Assembly: GCA_002269645.1 (NCBI GenBank)
Contig: NIVC01003597.1
Coordinates: forward strand, 1 to 64,000
Origin: Macrostomum lignano
Taxonomy: Eukaryota
Reading direction: 5' to 3'
Length of the DNA stretch: 64,000 nt
The notes beneath the pieces were generated by a model. It was given only the letters and a program-made list of their open reading frames with translations. It did no database searches and had not been told where the DNA came from. Positions within the stretch are counted from its first letter, which is position 1; each line of letters begins with the position of its first letter. Positions 31,109 through 43,304 of this stretch are shown one piece after another. The translations under genes were made by a program, and so were the position numbers.

Positions 31109-31668
31109 CCCTGTGTCCTCAAGCACTAACTGTGTCCTCAAGCACAAACTGTGTCCTCAAGCACTCCCTGTGTCCTCAAGCACTCCCTGTGTCCTCAAGC
31201 ACTCCCTGTGTCCTCAAGCACTAACTGTGTCCTCAAGCACTAACTGTGTCCTCAAGCACTAACTGTGTCCTCAAGCACAAACTGTGTCCTCAAGCACTCC
31301 CTGTGTCCTCAAGCACTCCCTGTGTCCTCAAGCACTCCCTGTGTCCTCAAGCACTCCCTGTGTCCTCAAGCACTAACTGTGTCCTCAAGCACTAACTGTG
31401 TCCTCAAGCACTAACTGTGTCCTCAAGCACTAACTGTGTCCTCAAGCACAACTGTGTCCTCAAGCACTAACTGTGTCCTCAAGCACTAACTGTGTCCTCA
31501 AGCACTAACTGTGTCCTCAAGCACAACTGTGTCCTCAAGCACTAACTGTGTCCTCAAGCACTAACTGTGTCCTCAAGCACAACTGTGTCCTCAAGCACTA
31601 ACTGTGTCCTCAAGCACTAACTGTGTCCTCAAGCACTAACGGTGTCCTCAAGCACTCTATGTGTCCTC
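31109..31668. repeat. 18-19-nt minisatellite (CTGTGTCCTCAAGCACTAA / ...CACTCC / ...CACAA)n, about 29 units
   Basis: Direct reading; variant units occur in blocks. Confidence 0.98.
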
Positions 31669-32167
31669 CTCTGACATTTACTGCGTCCTCTCTAGCACTT
31701 CAATGATTCTGCCCATAATTATTTTCATTAGACGATGGGGCGAAAAAATCTAAAACACCAAAACAGAGTCTTATTCATACGTTACCCAAGGTGTATGATT
31801 TAAGTTTTATCTACTTCAATTAGAAAATCTTTTTATCAGAATATGTTTTCGCTTGCGGATGTGGAGAAAAAGCAGGATATGAGATCGTACAATGAACCCA
31901 GATATATTGTAAAACAGCGAATCCCAAGCAACTAACAACTATTTGTGACGCGGATGTAATATTGTTACTTCTACCACCCTCAACGCGGATGCCAACTATT
32001 CGAAAAATACCAACCCCCCCACCCCAAGCCTGTGTCAACATATACTAGAACTTCTCTTACTTTCAGTCAGTCTCAACCCCCAGAGATCCAAAAATAGATT
32101 AGCAAATGTACCTTGGCCTGACCCGTGCACCCCCGACCCACCGGAGCGAGTGTACGTTCAGCACCGC

Positions 32168-32267
32168 GGGGCGGGCGGAGTTGCATTGAAATAAATTCAA
32201 GTCGACAACAGGGGGCGCGTGCACCAATGTGTCTGCTACTGACTGAACTCCTGTGAAGGCTATAAAT
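32168..32267 (+). promoter_or_regulatory. Candidate core promoter of the ETS gene (GC box, CCAAT, TATA)
   Basis: GGGGCGGGC at about 32168, CCAAT at 32224 and TATAAAT at 32261, about 100 nt before ATG 32361. Confidence 0.4.
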
Positions 32268-32360
32268 TTAGAGCCTTTTTTTAGAACTTAAATGCGACAA
32301 TAGCCTTTGAGTTCATCCGAGTCTTACTGAGCTTCACTTCGCTTGTGTTTACACCCCATC

Positions 32361-35171
32361 ATGGCTCCATTCGTCAAACCGCAGGAAACGTTGAAAGCAG
32401 AGAAAACCGAACTGCAATCGGAGGTTCAATCCGATTCGGATGTGACTCAGCAACTCCTGGCTGATCAGGATGCTGCAGCCATTGCTGGTCATCTGGAGCT
32501 GCCGCTGAGCAGAATTGATGGTGAGACTGAGTTTTGAGCACATAAATGGCTTAAAAATAGCCTTCAGATTTATGTTGCAGCTAGATCTTGGATTTTAGGT
32601 TGCAGATCTTAGATTTTAGGTTGCCGATCTTGGACCTTAGATTTTAGGTTGCAGATCTTGGATTTTAGGTTGCAGATCTTAGATTTTAGGTTGCAGATCT
32701 TGGACCTTAGATTTTAGGTTGCAGATCTTGGATTTTAGGTTGCAGATCTTGGACCTTAGATTTTAGGTTGCAGATCTTGGATTTTAGGTTGCAGATCTTA
32801 GATTTTAGGTTGCCGATCTTGGACCTTAGATTTTAGGTTGCAGATCTTGGATTTTAGGTTGCAGATCTTAGATTTTAGGTTGCAGATCTTGGACCTTAGA
32901 TTTTAGGTTGCAGATCTTAGATTTTAGGTTGCCGATCTTGGACCTTAGATTTTAGGTTGCAGATCTTGGATTTTAGGTTGCAGATCTTAGATTTTAGGTT
33001 GCAGATCTTGGACCTTAGATTTTAGGTTGCAGATCTTGGATTTTAGGTTGCAGATCTTAGATTTTAGGTTGCAGATCTTAGATTTCAGGTTGTAGATCTT
33101 AGATTTTAGGTTTCAGATCTTGGATTTTAGGTTGCAGATCTTAGATTTTAGGTTGCAGATCTTAGATTTTAGGTTGCCGATCTTAGATTTTAGGTTGCAG
33201 ATCTTAGATTTTAGGTTGCAGATCTTAGATTTTAGGTTGCAGATCTTAGATTTTAGGTTGCAGATCTTAGATTTTAGGTTGCCGATCTTGGACCTTAGAT
33301 TTTAGGTTGCAGATCTTAGATTTTAGGTTGCAGATCTTAGATTTCAGGTTGTAGATCTTAGATTTCAGGTTGTAGATCTTAGATTTTAGGTTGCAGATCT
33401 TAGATTTTAGGTTGCCGATCTTGGACCTTAGATTTTAGGTTGCAGATCTTGGATTTTAGGTTGCAGATCTTAGATTTTAGGTTGCAGATCTTGGACCTTA
33501 GATTTTAGGTTGCAGATCTTAGATTTTAGGTTGCAGATCTTGGATTTTAGGTTGCAGATCTTGGACCTTAGATTTTAGGTTGCAGATCTTGGATTTTAGG
33601 TTGCAGATCTTAGATTTTAGGTTGCAGATCTTAGATTTCAGGTTGTAGATCTTAGATTTTAGGTTGCAGATCTTGGATTTTAGGTTGCAGATCTTAGATT
33701 TTAGGTTGCAGATCTTGGATTTTAGGTTGCAGATCTTGGATTTTAGGTTGCAGATCTTAGATTTTAGGTTGCAGATCTTAGATTTTAGGTTGCAGATCTT
33801 AGATTTTAGGTTGCAGATCTTAGATTTTAGGTTGCCGATCTTGGACCTTAGATTTTAGGTTGCAGATCTTAGATTTTAGGTTGCAGATCTTAGATTTTAG
33901 GTTGCCGATCTTGGACCTTAGATTTTAGGTTGCAGATCTTGGACCTTAGATTTTAGGTTGCAGATCTTAGATTTCAGGTTGTAGATCTTGGATTTTAGGT
34001 TGCAGATCTTGGATTTTAGGTTGCAGATCTTAGCTTTTAGTTTTCAGGTCTTAGATTTTAGGTTGCCAAACTCAGACTTATCATAGTTAAAGTAGAAACT
34101 GTGAGTGCAATATGATTTTTATTCAATTAAGCTTGCATATCAGATGCCATTAGTTCGGGTCATCAACTCGCACAATTTATTAAACATTTCAGAATGGACA
34201 TCCGAGCAGAAGCGAACATGGCTAAAGTGCATGCTAGTTAAGCACATCAATTGGCAAGCCATGGAGCCAGCTCAACGAGAAGCGACGGCCCAGCAGCTCA
34301 ACGCTGTCAATGATTCACTGCAGACCAACTTGAACGCTTCGTTAGATAGCCTAATTAGTTTGGTTGAGTTCAAGCTCACCTGTCAGGTGCTTGGGCAGAT
34401 TCTACAAAATGAGCTGGCTGTTTGGCGAAGAGGTAAGCGCTGTTTAGCATCAAGGAGGTTTGAAATCGCGCGTTTTTTGTTAATTAGAAAGGAATTATAA
34501 ACATGGATACTGCATAGTGAACGGGTGGTTTTATTGAGAAGAGAACCGTTTTAAACTACGGATTCTAATATGAATTAATAAACTGTTTCTAGCTTCTCAA
34601 GTAGACAGCATTTAAGTGGATATATAGATCTAGATTGTAGATTTAGGTTTGATGATAAATTCTATGACCCCGCCTGAATGAATGCGCACACCTAACTACT
34701 AACAGCAGGAAGAAGGGAATTGCAGCAGTCCACATCAACTTGGAGACGCCACCAGCTATCCTTAAGTTTCGACAGTGAAAACGGCAGCAGCAGCAGCGGC
34801 AGCAGCGGCAGCAGCAGCGGCGGCGGTCGGCGAGGCAACAACGAAGGCGACCTGCTATGGGAGCACATCCTACGACTGCTGGAGACTGGCAACCCGCGGT
34901 TCGCTGGGTGCAACCGGAGCTCGGCAGGTTTCAGTTCGTCAGCAGCAGTTCAGCCGCCAGGTCGTGGGGCGGCACGAAACGCAATCGAAATATGAGCTTT
35001 GAGAAGATGAGCCGCTCCATCAGGCAGTACTATCGCCCGAAATCCGGCCTGATGCTGAAAGTGCCTAACAAGGGCCGGCTGCAGTACCAATTCAACGTCA
35101 ATCATCCGCAAATTGTCCGATTCTTGAAGGAGAACTTTCCTAATTCGGGCTGTCTAGCGAGGAAGCTCTGA
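32361..35171 (+). CDS. PNT/SAM + ETS transcription factor, SPDEF/Ets98B-like, about 288 aa, with an apparent 1-nt deletion at about 34895
   Basis: Exons 32361-32520, 34193-34432 (WTSEQKRTWL, PNT-like) and 34706-35171. The ETS domain is split across two frames: LLWEHILRLLETGNP, then AVRWVQ...ARSWG...NMSFEKMSRSIRQYY...RLQYQF. RSIRQYY is the SPDEF-type variant. Exon total 866 nt needs +1 to be divisible by 3. Confidence 0.8.
32583..34075. repeat. 21-nt minisatellite (GATTTTAGGTTGCAGATCTTA)n with interspersed 29-nt variants (+GGACCTTA), ETS intron 1
   Basis: Direct reading, about 1.5 kb; spurious (LQILDFR)n ORFs. Confidence 0.99.
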
Positions 35172-35570
35172 CAGTTTGTTGGTCTCAGTTTCAATTCCAA
35201 GTTACAATTACAGGTTTTGCAGGGGAACCTATACGTATGATTTATTGCCAAGTTCAGCTGGTTCATTTGGCTATACATTAATCCCATGTTAATGTTGCGG
35301 CGGCAATTAGCGTACTGTATAAAATAATACCAAAAAGCTAAAAAGCATCTCGTAAATTACACTGACGTTTGTTGTTTTATCTTTTACAACACTCTACGAA
35401 TGTAATATACACCAATATGAAGGTGATAGATATAATATCATCTATTTACTCCTGTGCTTTTTAAAAAATTAATTTAAAAAAAAAATCTTTAATTCTTTAA
35501 TATTTTTAATTATTTTTAGAACATCTTGGCACAGTTTATTGTTAAGATAACAGTAGTCATACACGTAGTC

Positions 35571-37538
35571 TAGAGATTCCTCTGATAGAGATTCTTTGAA
35601 TAGAGATTCTTAGAATAGACATTCTTAGAATAGAGATTCTTAGAATAGAGATTCTCTGAATAGAGATTCCTTGAATAGAGATTCCTTGAATAGAGATTCT
35701 TAGAGTAGAGATTCTTAGAATATAGATTCTTAGAATAGAGATTCTTTAAATAGAGATTCTTTGAATAGAGATTCTTTGAATAGAGATTCTTAGAATAGAG
35801 ATTCTTAGAATAGAGATTCTTAGAATAGAGATTCTTTGAATAGAGATTCTTAGAATAGAGATTCTTAGAATAGAGATTCTTAGAGTAGAGATTCTTAGAA
35901 TATAGATTCTTAGAATAGAGATTCTCTGAATAGAGATTCCTTGAATAGAGATTCTTTGAATAGAGATTCTTAGAATAGACATTCTTAGAATATAGATTCT
36001 TAGAATAGAGATTCTTAGAATAGAGATTCTTAGAATAGAGATTCTTTGAATAGAGATTCTTAGAATAGAGATTCTTAGAATAGAGATTCTTAGAGTAGAG
36101 ATTCTTAGAATATAGATTCTTAGAATAGAGATTCTCTGAATAGAGATTCCTTGAATAGAGATTCTTTGAATAGAGATTCTTAGAATAGACATTCTTAGAA
36201 TATAGATTCTTAGAATAGAGATTCTTTGAATAGAGATTCTTAGAATAGAGATTCTTTGAATAGAGATTCTTAGAATAGACATTCTTAGAATAGAGATTCT
36301 TAGAATAGAGATTCTCTGAATAGAGATTCCTTGAATAGAGATTCCTTGAATAGAGATTCTTAGAGTAGAGATTCTTAGAATATAGATTCTTAGAATAGAG
36401 ATTCTTTAAATAGAGATTCTTTGAATAGAGATTCTTTGAATAGAGATTCTTAGAATAGAGATTCTTAGAATAGAGATTCTTAGAATAGAGATTCTTTGAA
36501 TAGAGATTCTTAGAATAGAGATTCTTAGAATAGAGATTCTTAGAGTAGAGATTCTTAGAATATAGATTCTTAGAATAGAGATTCTCTGAATAGAGATTCC
36601 TTGAATAGAGATTCTTTGAATAGAGATTCTTAGAATAGACATTCTTAGAATATAGATTCTTAGAATAGAGATTCTTTGAATAGAGATTCTTAGAATAGAG
36701 ATTCTTAGAATAGAGATTCTTAAAATAGAGATTCTTAGAATAGAGATTCTTAGAATAGAGATTCTTAGAATAGAGATGCTTTAAATAGAGATTCTTTGAA
36801 TAGAAATTCTTTGAATAGAGATTCTTTGAATAGAGATTCTTAGAATATAGATTCTTAGAATAGAGATTCTTTGAATAGAGATTCTTTGAATAGAGATTCT
36901 TTGAATAGAGATTCTTAGAATAGAGATTCTTTGAATAGAGATTCTTTGAATAGAGATGCTTTGAATAGAGATGCTTTGAATAGAGATTCTTTGAATAGAG
37001 ATGCTTTGAATAGAGATGCTTTGAATAGAGATGCTTTGAATAGAGATTCTTTGAATAGAGATGCTTTGAATAGAGATGCTTTGAATAGAGATTCTTTGAA
37101 TAGAGATGCTTTGAATAGAGATGCTTTGAATAGAGATTCTTTGAATAGAGATGCTTTGAATAGAGATGCTTTGAATAGAGATTCTTTGAATAGAGATGCT
37201 TTGAATAGAGATGCTTTGAATAGAGATGCTTTGAATAGAGATGCTTTGAATAGAGATGCTTTGAATAGAGATGCTTTGAATAGAGATGCTTTGAATAGAG
37301 ATGCTTTGAATAGAGATGCTTTGAATAGAGATGCTTTGAATAGAGATGCTTTGAATAGAGATGCTTTGAATAGAGATGCTTTGAATAGAGATGCTTTGAA
37401 TAGAGATGCTTTGAATAGAGATGCTTTGAATAGAGATGCTTTGAATAGAGATGCTTTGAATAGAGATGCTTTGAATAGAGATGCTTTGAATAGAGATGCT
37501 TTGAATAGAGATGCTTTGAATAGAGATGCTTTGAATAG
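35571..37538. repeat. 15-nt minisatellite (AATAGAGATTCTTAG / AATAGAGATGCTTTG)n, about 131 units, with higher-order periods
   Basis: Lines 35581-36000 are essentially repeated at 36241-36660 (period 660); a 210-nt sub-period is also seen; the right third is homogenised to the GATGCTTTG variant. Confidence 0.99.
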
Positions 37539-37884
37539 TTAAACCAAACTCTGTTTAGCTAGCTAGACTCTAACTTTGCATGACAGCCAACTAGAATAGG
37601 AAAATGGATTATACACAGTGCACTGGAAAGCACACTCGATCACAGATGTGTCGTAAACCCGATTGCATGCAGTGTTGTAGCCGACTTGGTTACCGGACGG
37701 GTGGTAAGAAACTGGGTCATCAAGATATACAGATGATGAAAGTCTCTTTAGACCCGGCAGTGTATATATTGTTCGGGCAAGCGATGTGAAAAATTGAGAG
37801 AACATCCTCGAGCTAGACAAACTTTTTAGTCCTCAAAAGCCGCGTAAGTTCTAAAATAATTGAGTAGACAACTGATATTTTACA

Positions 37885-38148
37885 ATGCTGCCAAGAGACA
37901 CCACCCTGGCCTGCCTCGGCGTCCTCATCCTGATGCTGGGCTCAGTGGCGTCAACCTCAGCCATCATCGACGGAGCCTACCTGACCTGCTTGGAGCGCAC
38001 CTTTGCCGCCGACTGTTTCAACGACCGCGATTGTCTGTGCAGTTTGACTGAGCCGAGCTACAAGTGCCTGTACACCATGACTGGCCGACGGCAGTGCACT
38101 GTTGACTGGTCCTCGGTGAACGAAGAAGACCCGCTGATTGAGCGCTAG
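37885..38148 (+). CDS. Small secreted cysteine-rich peptide, 87 aa, unknown family
   Basis: ATG...TAG ORF, GC-rich relative to its flanks. N-terminal hydrophobic signal-like segment (LACLGVLILMLGSVASTSA), then six Cys spaced C-x8-C-x5-C-x-C-x8-C-x9-C. AATAAA at about 38227 and 38267. Confidence 0.7.
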   Translation: MLPRDTTLACLGVLILMLGSVASTSAIIDGAYLTCLERTFAADCFNDRDCLCSLTEPSYKCLYTMTGRRQCTVDWSSVNEEDPLIER

Positions 38149-38403
38149 TCTAGATACGAAGTATTTGACTTTTACTGCTTGAGAACAATAGCTGATGGTT
38201 ACAGTAAAAATTAATTATTTAAAAAAATAAATAGTAAGAGATCTGCAGCTGGCGGTTTTTATTCAAAATAAACCATAACCTTCAAGATCCTAATTATAAA
38301 TATACACGAAACGCTAAAAGAGAGCTGTCTGACTTAATTAATTCATCATTGATCCATTCCATCTTGAACACGTGTATGGAGGGCAGAATCATTTTTTAGC
38401 AGT

Positions 38404-38591
38404 CAAGGACTACTCAAGTAGAAGGACTGGAAACAAATCAAAAGATGAACATTGGGATCAGCCTCCTATCGAAAGCAACAACAATTTTTGTGCTGAAAAC
38501 TTCCCATCTCCGTAGTGTATTTTTTCGGAAAAACCGGCCTCCTAAAATTTTCCAAGAAACGCGGAGGTTTCCTCGACTTGAGTCGTCCTTG
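38404..38591. mobile_element. 188-bp MITE with CAAGGAC(T/G)ACTCAAGT TIRs and a near-perfect 8-bp TSD (hAT-type)
   Basis: Left CAAGGACTACTCAAGT (38404-38419) vs right ACTTGAGTCGTCCTTG (38576-38591), 15/16 inverted match; flanks TTAGCAGT / ATAGCAGT (7/8). Confidence 0.75.
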
Positions 38592-39895
38592 ATAGCAGTT
38601 TAATTCTTGCGAGCATAAATTTTAACGAAAATTTTCTAAATATGTTAAAACAAAGAACAACTAAGTCGTTGGAAATAAAAGCTGAAGCTACATGTAAATG
38701 CACGCGCTCGAGTAAGGCACGAGTAATACAAAATGCATAATTTATGAATCGGTATATACGTATTTACATTATCCACATGTTGCAGTTTAGAGAGCGATTT
38801 TTCCTTTTTTCCACGCTAAAATTCTTTCTCCCTTGCTTTTAGATGCAATCAACAGCTTTCAAATTCCACATGTGTGCTTTAAAAAGTTGTCCTAATTGTT
38901 GTTCATAGCAAAAAATACTGCAATGCAAGAATGACTTTTGTATTCCTTGACTGGAAGTATCCCCTAGTGCCATTTATGTTGCGGGAATGTTGTACAAATG
39001 TTGACGCGCAACAAGTGGTAAACGTTGCTAGAAGCGACCGTTTGTCGCGCAAAACAACGTTGCAGAATGGTTGACGCATCAACATTGCAAAATCAACATA
39101 CATCAACATCTGTGCAACATGTAGTCGTCGTGTCTACTATTAGTAGTATCTAATGTATGTGTATTATTCTATATACTACATATATTTCGTATCACTTTCA
39201 TTCTATAATATACGACGACTCTACTATTACACTTGCTTATGTCTTTCTTTCGCATGCCATGCATTAATTTTGGATTGTTGTTAAGGAACTTCTACCGGTA
39301 GTAACACTGACTACATAGTAAAAAATCTGTAGCTTGCACACAGGTTCAAAAATCGAGACTCCTACATCTTGAAATAATACGAAAATACGGCCATGACTTA
39401 GCATTTGCTAAAAAGAATAAGTAAAATAGCAAAAAACGTTTCGATTTAAAGGTCTGCGAAGATTAGCTAATGAGCACCATTAATTTTTTTTGTTTTATCG
39501 TAAACACATCAGATCAGACGGTTACCATTATAGTAGGTCAAGAAAGCAATAAAAATATTTACTACATTAGATGCGCATGATGTGTATCTTTGTGTGTGAC
39601 TGCAAGCTGCAACCTGCAGTGTTTCTTTTAATGAATAAAAAAGTTAGCAGGAAAATAAGAGATTCGCAAAACTATTATTAATGGCAACTGCTATTTGCAT
39701 GCTGGCAAAACAGACATGTCGTTCAGAAAAGATGCAAAGATAACTAGAGATCTGATGGCGATGATTAAAAACAGCTATAGCCTCCAAAGAGATTCACCTA
39801 ACCTAGAGCGAGTCTATACTGATCTTTGTTCTTAGAACTTAGAACAACTAGTTTTATTAAGCCACCAATCCCGTGAAGTCTGAACTCCTATTTAC

Positions 39896-42805
39896 TCAAA
39901 GTTGAGTAAGTGTACAACCGTCAACGTTGATGACTTCAAATCGTTGGCCGCCATTGTCATTATCTTCGCTGCTGTCGTGAGCGCCCTCGTCGTCAGAACT
40001 GCTGTCGCTCTCGCCACTTGCATCGCCGTCAGTGTTCATGTCTGCGCCGTCACCTCCGCTTTGCCGAGTGCTCCTTGGGCCTGCAGCCGAGTTCCGAAGT
40101 TCTCCAGTCGGACGCTGTGCGGACTGCTGTGAGCACCTTTTTCGGCGGAACCGAGTGCCTGAGTGGCGCAGATGTTCGCCCACCGCGGATTCAATGGCCT
40201 CGCCTTTGGCGTCTTTGTGAACACTCCACACGACGTCTAAAAGTAGGTAAATACTGCCCATTAGTTTTGCTTACCCAAAGTAGATTAGTATCTAGATATG
40301 GACGTACAGAATTGATATATATTTAACTAAGCAGCTTAAATACACATTTTATCATAGAAGAGACAAAATCCTAAGCACCATTATGTTGCTTACTTTTGAT
40401 AAAAGGCAGCAGGCCAGTTGACTCAAAGCAATACTTGGAAACGCCAGAACGCTTGGCACCACGGAGACTGAACTGATGAGCAAGCTTGTCATCCATGATG
40501 TGGTATAAGATATTAGCGACGGACTTCATTAGAGTTTTGCTGGTAAGCCGCTTGAAGAACAGAAACTGAAATGTGTGGAATGAATTCGAATGGTAGACTA
40601 GAAATTGAATTAATAAACTACAAGACATTACACATTAATAGTCATGTCTTGTAATGTGTTATATTCTCTCATAAAATACATGCGGCAGTTAAGCGGCATC
40701 CAGTCGCTTTTGTAAATCGTGCAATGATAAAAATCATACAAAATACTAGCACTCACTGCATCATTTAAGCAGCCTCGATCACTTGTTAGTCGTGTGGCCC
40801 ACTCAGTCAGTTTATCGACTTCGGTAAATGGCAGATCTTGAAGTATAGGCCTGTCGGTTGGCTGTTGGCCGTGCTGGGCATTGCTGGAGTTTGCACCTGT
40901 ACTACGAGACGAAGAGTTCTGCAGAGCAAGAAACTGCAGGTGAAAGTCTTTCACCTCTGTAGCCAGGCCACAAATCGCACCATGCATCGCGCGCTGGGTT
41001 GCTAAAATGAAGAAAATTATCGAGAAGATGTATCAGCCAGTCAGGGATAATAGTCAGTTAGTGACTCAAATAGATTATTCTCTATACAAACCAGATGAAC
41101 CTCCGAAACGTTAAGTACAAATTAAAAAGTGTAAATCGCAGCAAAACTCAGAATCATGCGGAGCTGAATGTTTAATAGTGCATTACGCCATTTTAATTTA
41201 AATCGTAACTTTACTTAATTCTGGAAATGAAGAGCTCGGATTAGAACTTCTAAATTTTCTTATATCAGCGCCTCAGTAGCGAAAGAAATTTTTTTAGCTG
41301 GCTTACTTTCAATCCGCCGCACGGCTGTCACTAGAAAGTCCAATATGTCTGCACGGCTCGCGTCGTAAACGCCAATCGCAGAGGCCGCGGCAGCTGCAGC
41401 AGAAGCAGGATGGTGCTGGATTCCATGCCCCATCGGAGAGGCCGCGGCAGATGCAGCAGAAGCAGGATGGTGCTGGATTCCATGCCCCATCGGAGAGGCC
41501 GCGGCAGATGCAGCAGAAGCAGGATGGTGCTGGATTCCATGCCCCATCGGAGAGGCCGCGGCAGATGCAGCAGAAGCAGGATGGTGCTGGATTCCATGCC
41601 CCATCGGAGAGGCCGCGGCAGATGCAGCAGAAGCAGGATGGTGCTGGATTCCATGCCCCATCGGAGAGGCCGCGGCAGATGCAGCAGAAGCAGGATGGTG
41701 CTGGATTCCATGCCCCATCGGAGAGGCCGCGGCAGATGCAGCAGAAGCAGGATGGTGCTGGATTCCATGCCCCATCGGAGAGGCCGCGGCAGATGCAGCA
41801 GAAGCAGGATGGTGCTGGATTCCATGCCCCATCGGAGAGGCCGCGGCAGCTGCAGCAGAAGCAGGATGGTGCTGGATTCCATGCCCCATCGGAGAGGCCG
41901 CGGCAGCTGCAGCTAAATTGGTGCTGGTGCTGAAGCTGCCACAAGAAGACTGTGAAAACGGGCTCAGACTCGATGTAGTAGCATGAACTGCGCTTGCCAA
42001 GATGGCTTCATGTTGGATGGAAGCCAAATTCGAACTGCTGCTTATTGTCAAAGGTGGCCTCGTGCCATCAGGTTGAAACTTTGGTGGCGCTGACGACTGT
42101 CCAGCACTCCGGCTGTTACCCAGTGTAGAGGATTTGCTCTTTGTCGTTCTCTTTCGGCCGGTTTTTCGAGTCTCAATGTCGAAATTCTCATTGTAATAGT
42201 GGTCGACAACTTGAATTCTTCGTGGAGCATCTATATCAGTAGAATCAACTTCTCCCCGACTCTCGTACCGCTTCCGCAGGTTGACAGCAGCGGGAAATTG
42301 ATCTGCATGAAGGGGAATAGACACATGTACATGTACACTATATAAAATTACATCCTTTATTATTAGCTATGAAAATTCGCTTTCACGTGGGACTTAGTCA
42401 TCCCACATCTAATTAAACAAGAAAAAATATCAACCCCCCGATGTAGATAATAGGAGCCACATTGAAGTACTTTTTTCTAATGTATACAAGAAAATAGTAC
42501 AATAATTGCACTTAAGACTGGCTTCATATGTAATCATAGGCATATCATATATAATCTACCTATTTGAAAATAATTCTGCATTAGCACATAAACTCACCTC
42601 TCGATCCAATGATGTCGACTTTGTAAGGCAACCAACTATCGTCTGGGACTGACTTCGACTGGTTTGTCAAGCAAGCCTTGAACTTTTTCAGGGGAGGGCA
42701 CAAGACGCTGTCGCTGCCCTGAAGCCAGGAACGACGAACGATTTCAATTTCTTCAGTTTCATTGAAGCGAACAACAACAAATGCATTCAGGTCGTTTAGA
42801 CTCAT
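39896..42805 (-). CDS. Second ORF of the EnSpm-like element (DUF4806-like, TnpA-equivalent), about 653 aa, 5 exons
   Basis: Exons 42598-42805, 41307-42302, 40757-41001, 40394-40565, 39896-40236 (1962 nt, phases compatible). N-terminal VVVRF..EIV..SWL...CPP and C-terminal ILYHIMDDKLAHQFSLRG...K..F...AVGEHLRH resemble accessory ORFs of animal EnSpm-like elements. The DUF assignment is from memory. Confidence 0.75.
41385..41915 (-). repeat. Coding 57-nt tandem repeat, 9 copies of (ASAASAAASPMGHGIQHHP), inside ORF2 exon 2
   Basis: AGAAGCAGGATGG recurs every 57 nt from 41401 to 41857. Confidence 0.98.
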
Positions 42806-43304
42806 TCATAGACTTGGCCCGAATATGCTGAAATAAAAGTTGGAGGGAAACAAAGCAAAGTTAGAAAAGCTATCGGATCGGAACACATTTTCCTTTATTA
42901 TTTTATAGTACTATGGGTGAAAACGCAACGCATATATTTCAGAAGCCTACCTTCACTAAAAATCTGTTAACAAACAGCAAAACCATTTTGCGAAGCAAAG
43001 AAAACCATCTAAAAAGGGACTGTCATATATTTCGCATGTCTATGCCTAATCATGTCTAGGTCTATATGCGATTGTTGGAAAGAATTTAATATGAAAGCAT
43101 GAAATTAGTGACAGCGTGAAATGATAGTATGTTCTTCCCACAAACATTTATATTTTCTAATATTACCTGCTTACTCAGTGGGAGTGGCTAAAAATGAAAC
43201 CAACATTTGCTGAATGAGAAAGCAGCTAGCTAGAAGAAGTCAGACAGAGAGTTCATTCAGTTGCTTCCAAACATTTGCAGAGAAATGCTTGATGTGCGTA
43301 GAAG

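Noticed and set aside
37563-37820. Short ORFs on both strands, one Cys-rich, next to the secreted peptide gene
   Set aside because: No signal peptide or family motif, and composition is not clearly coding.
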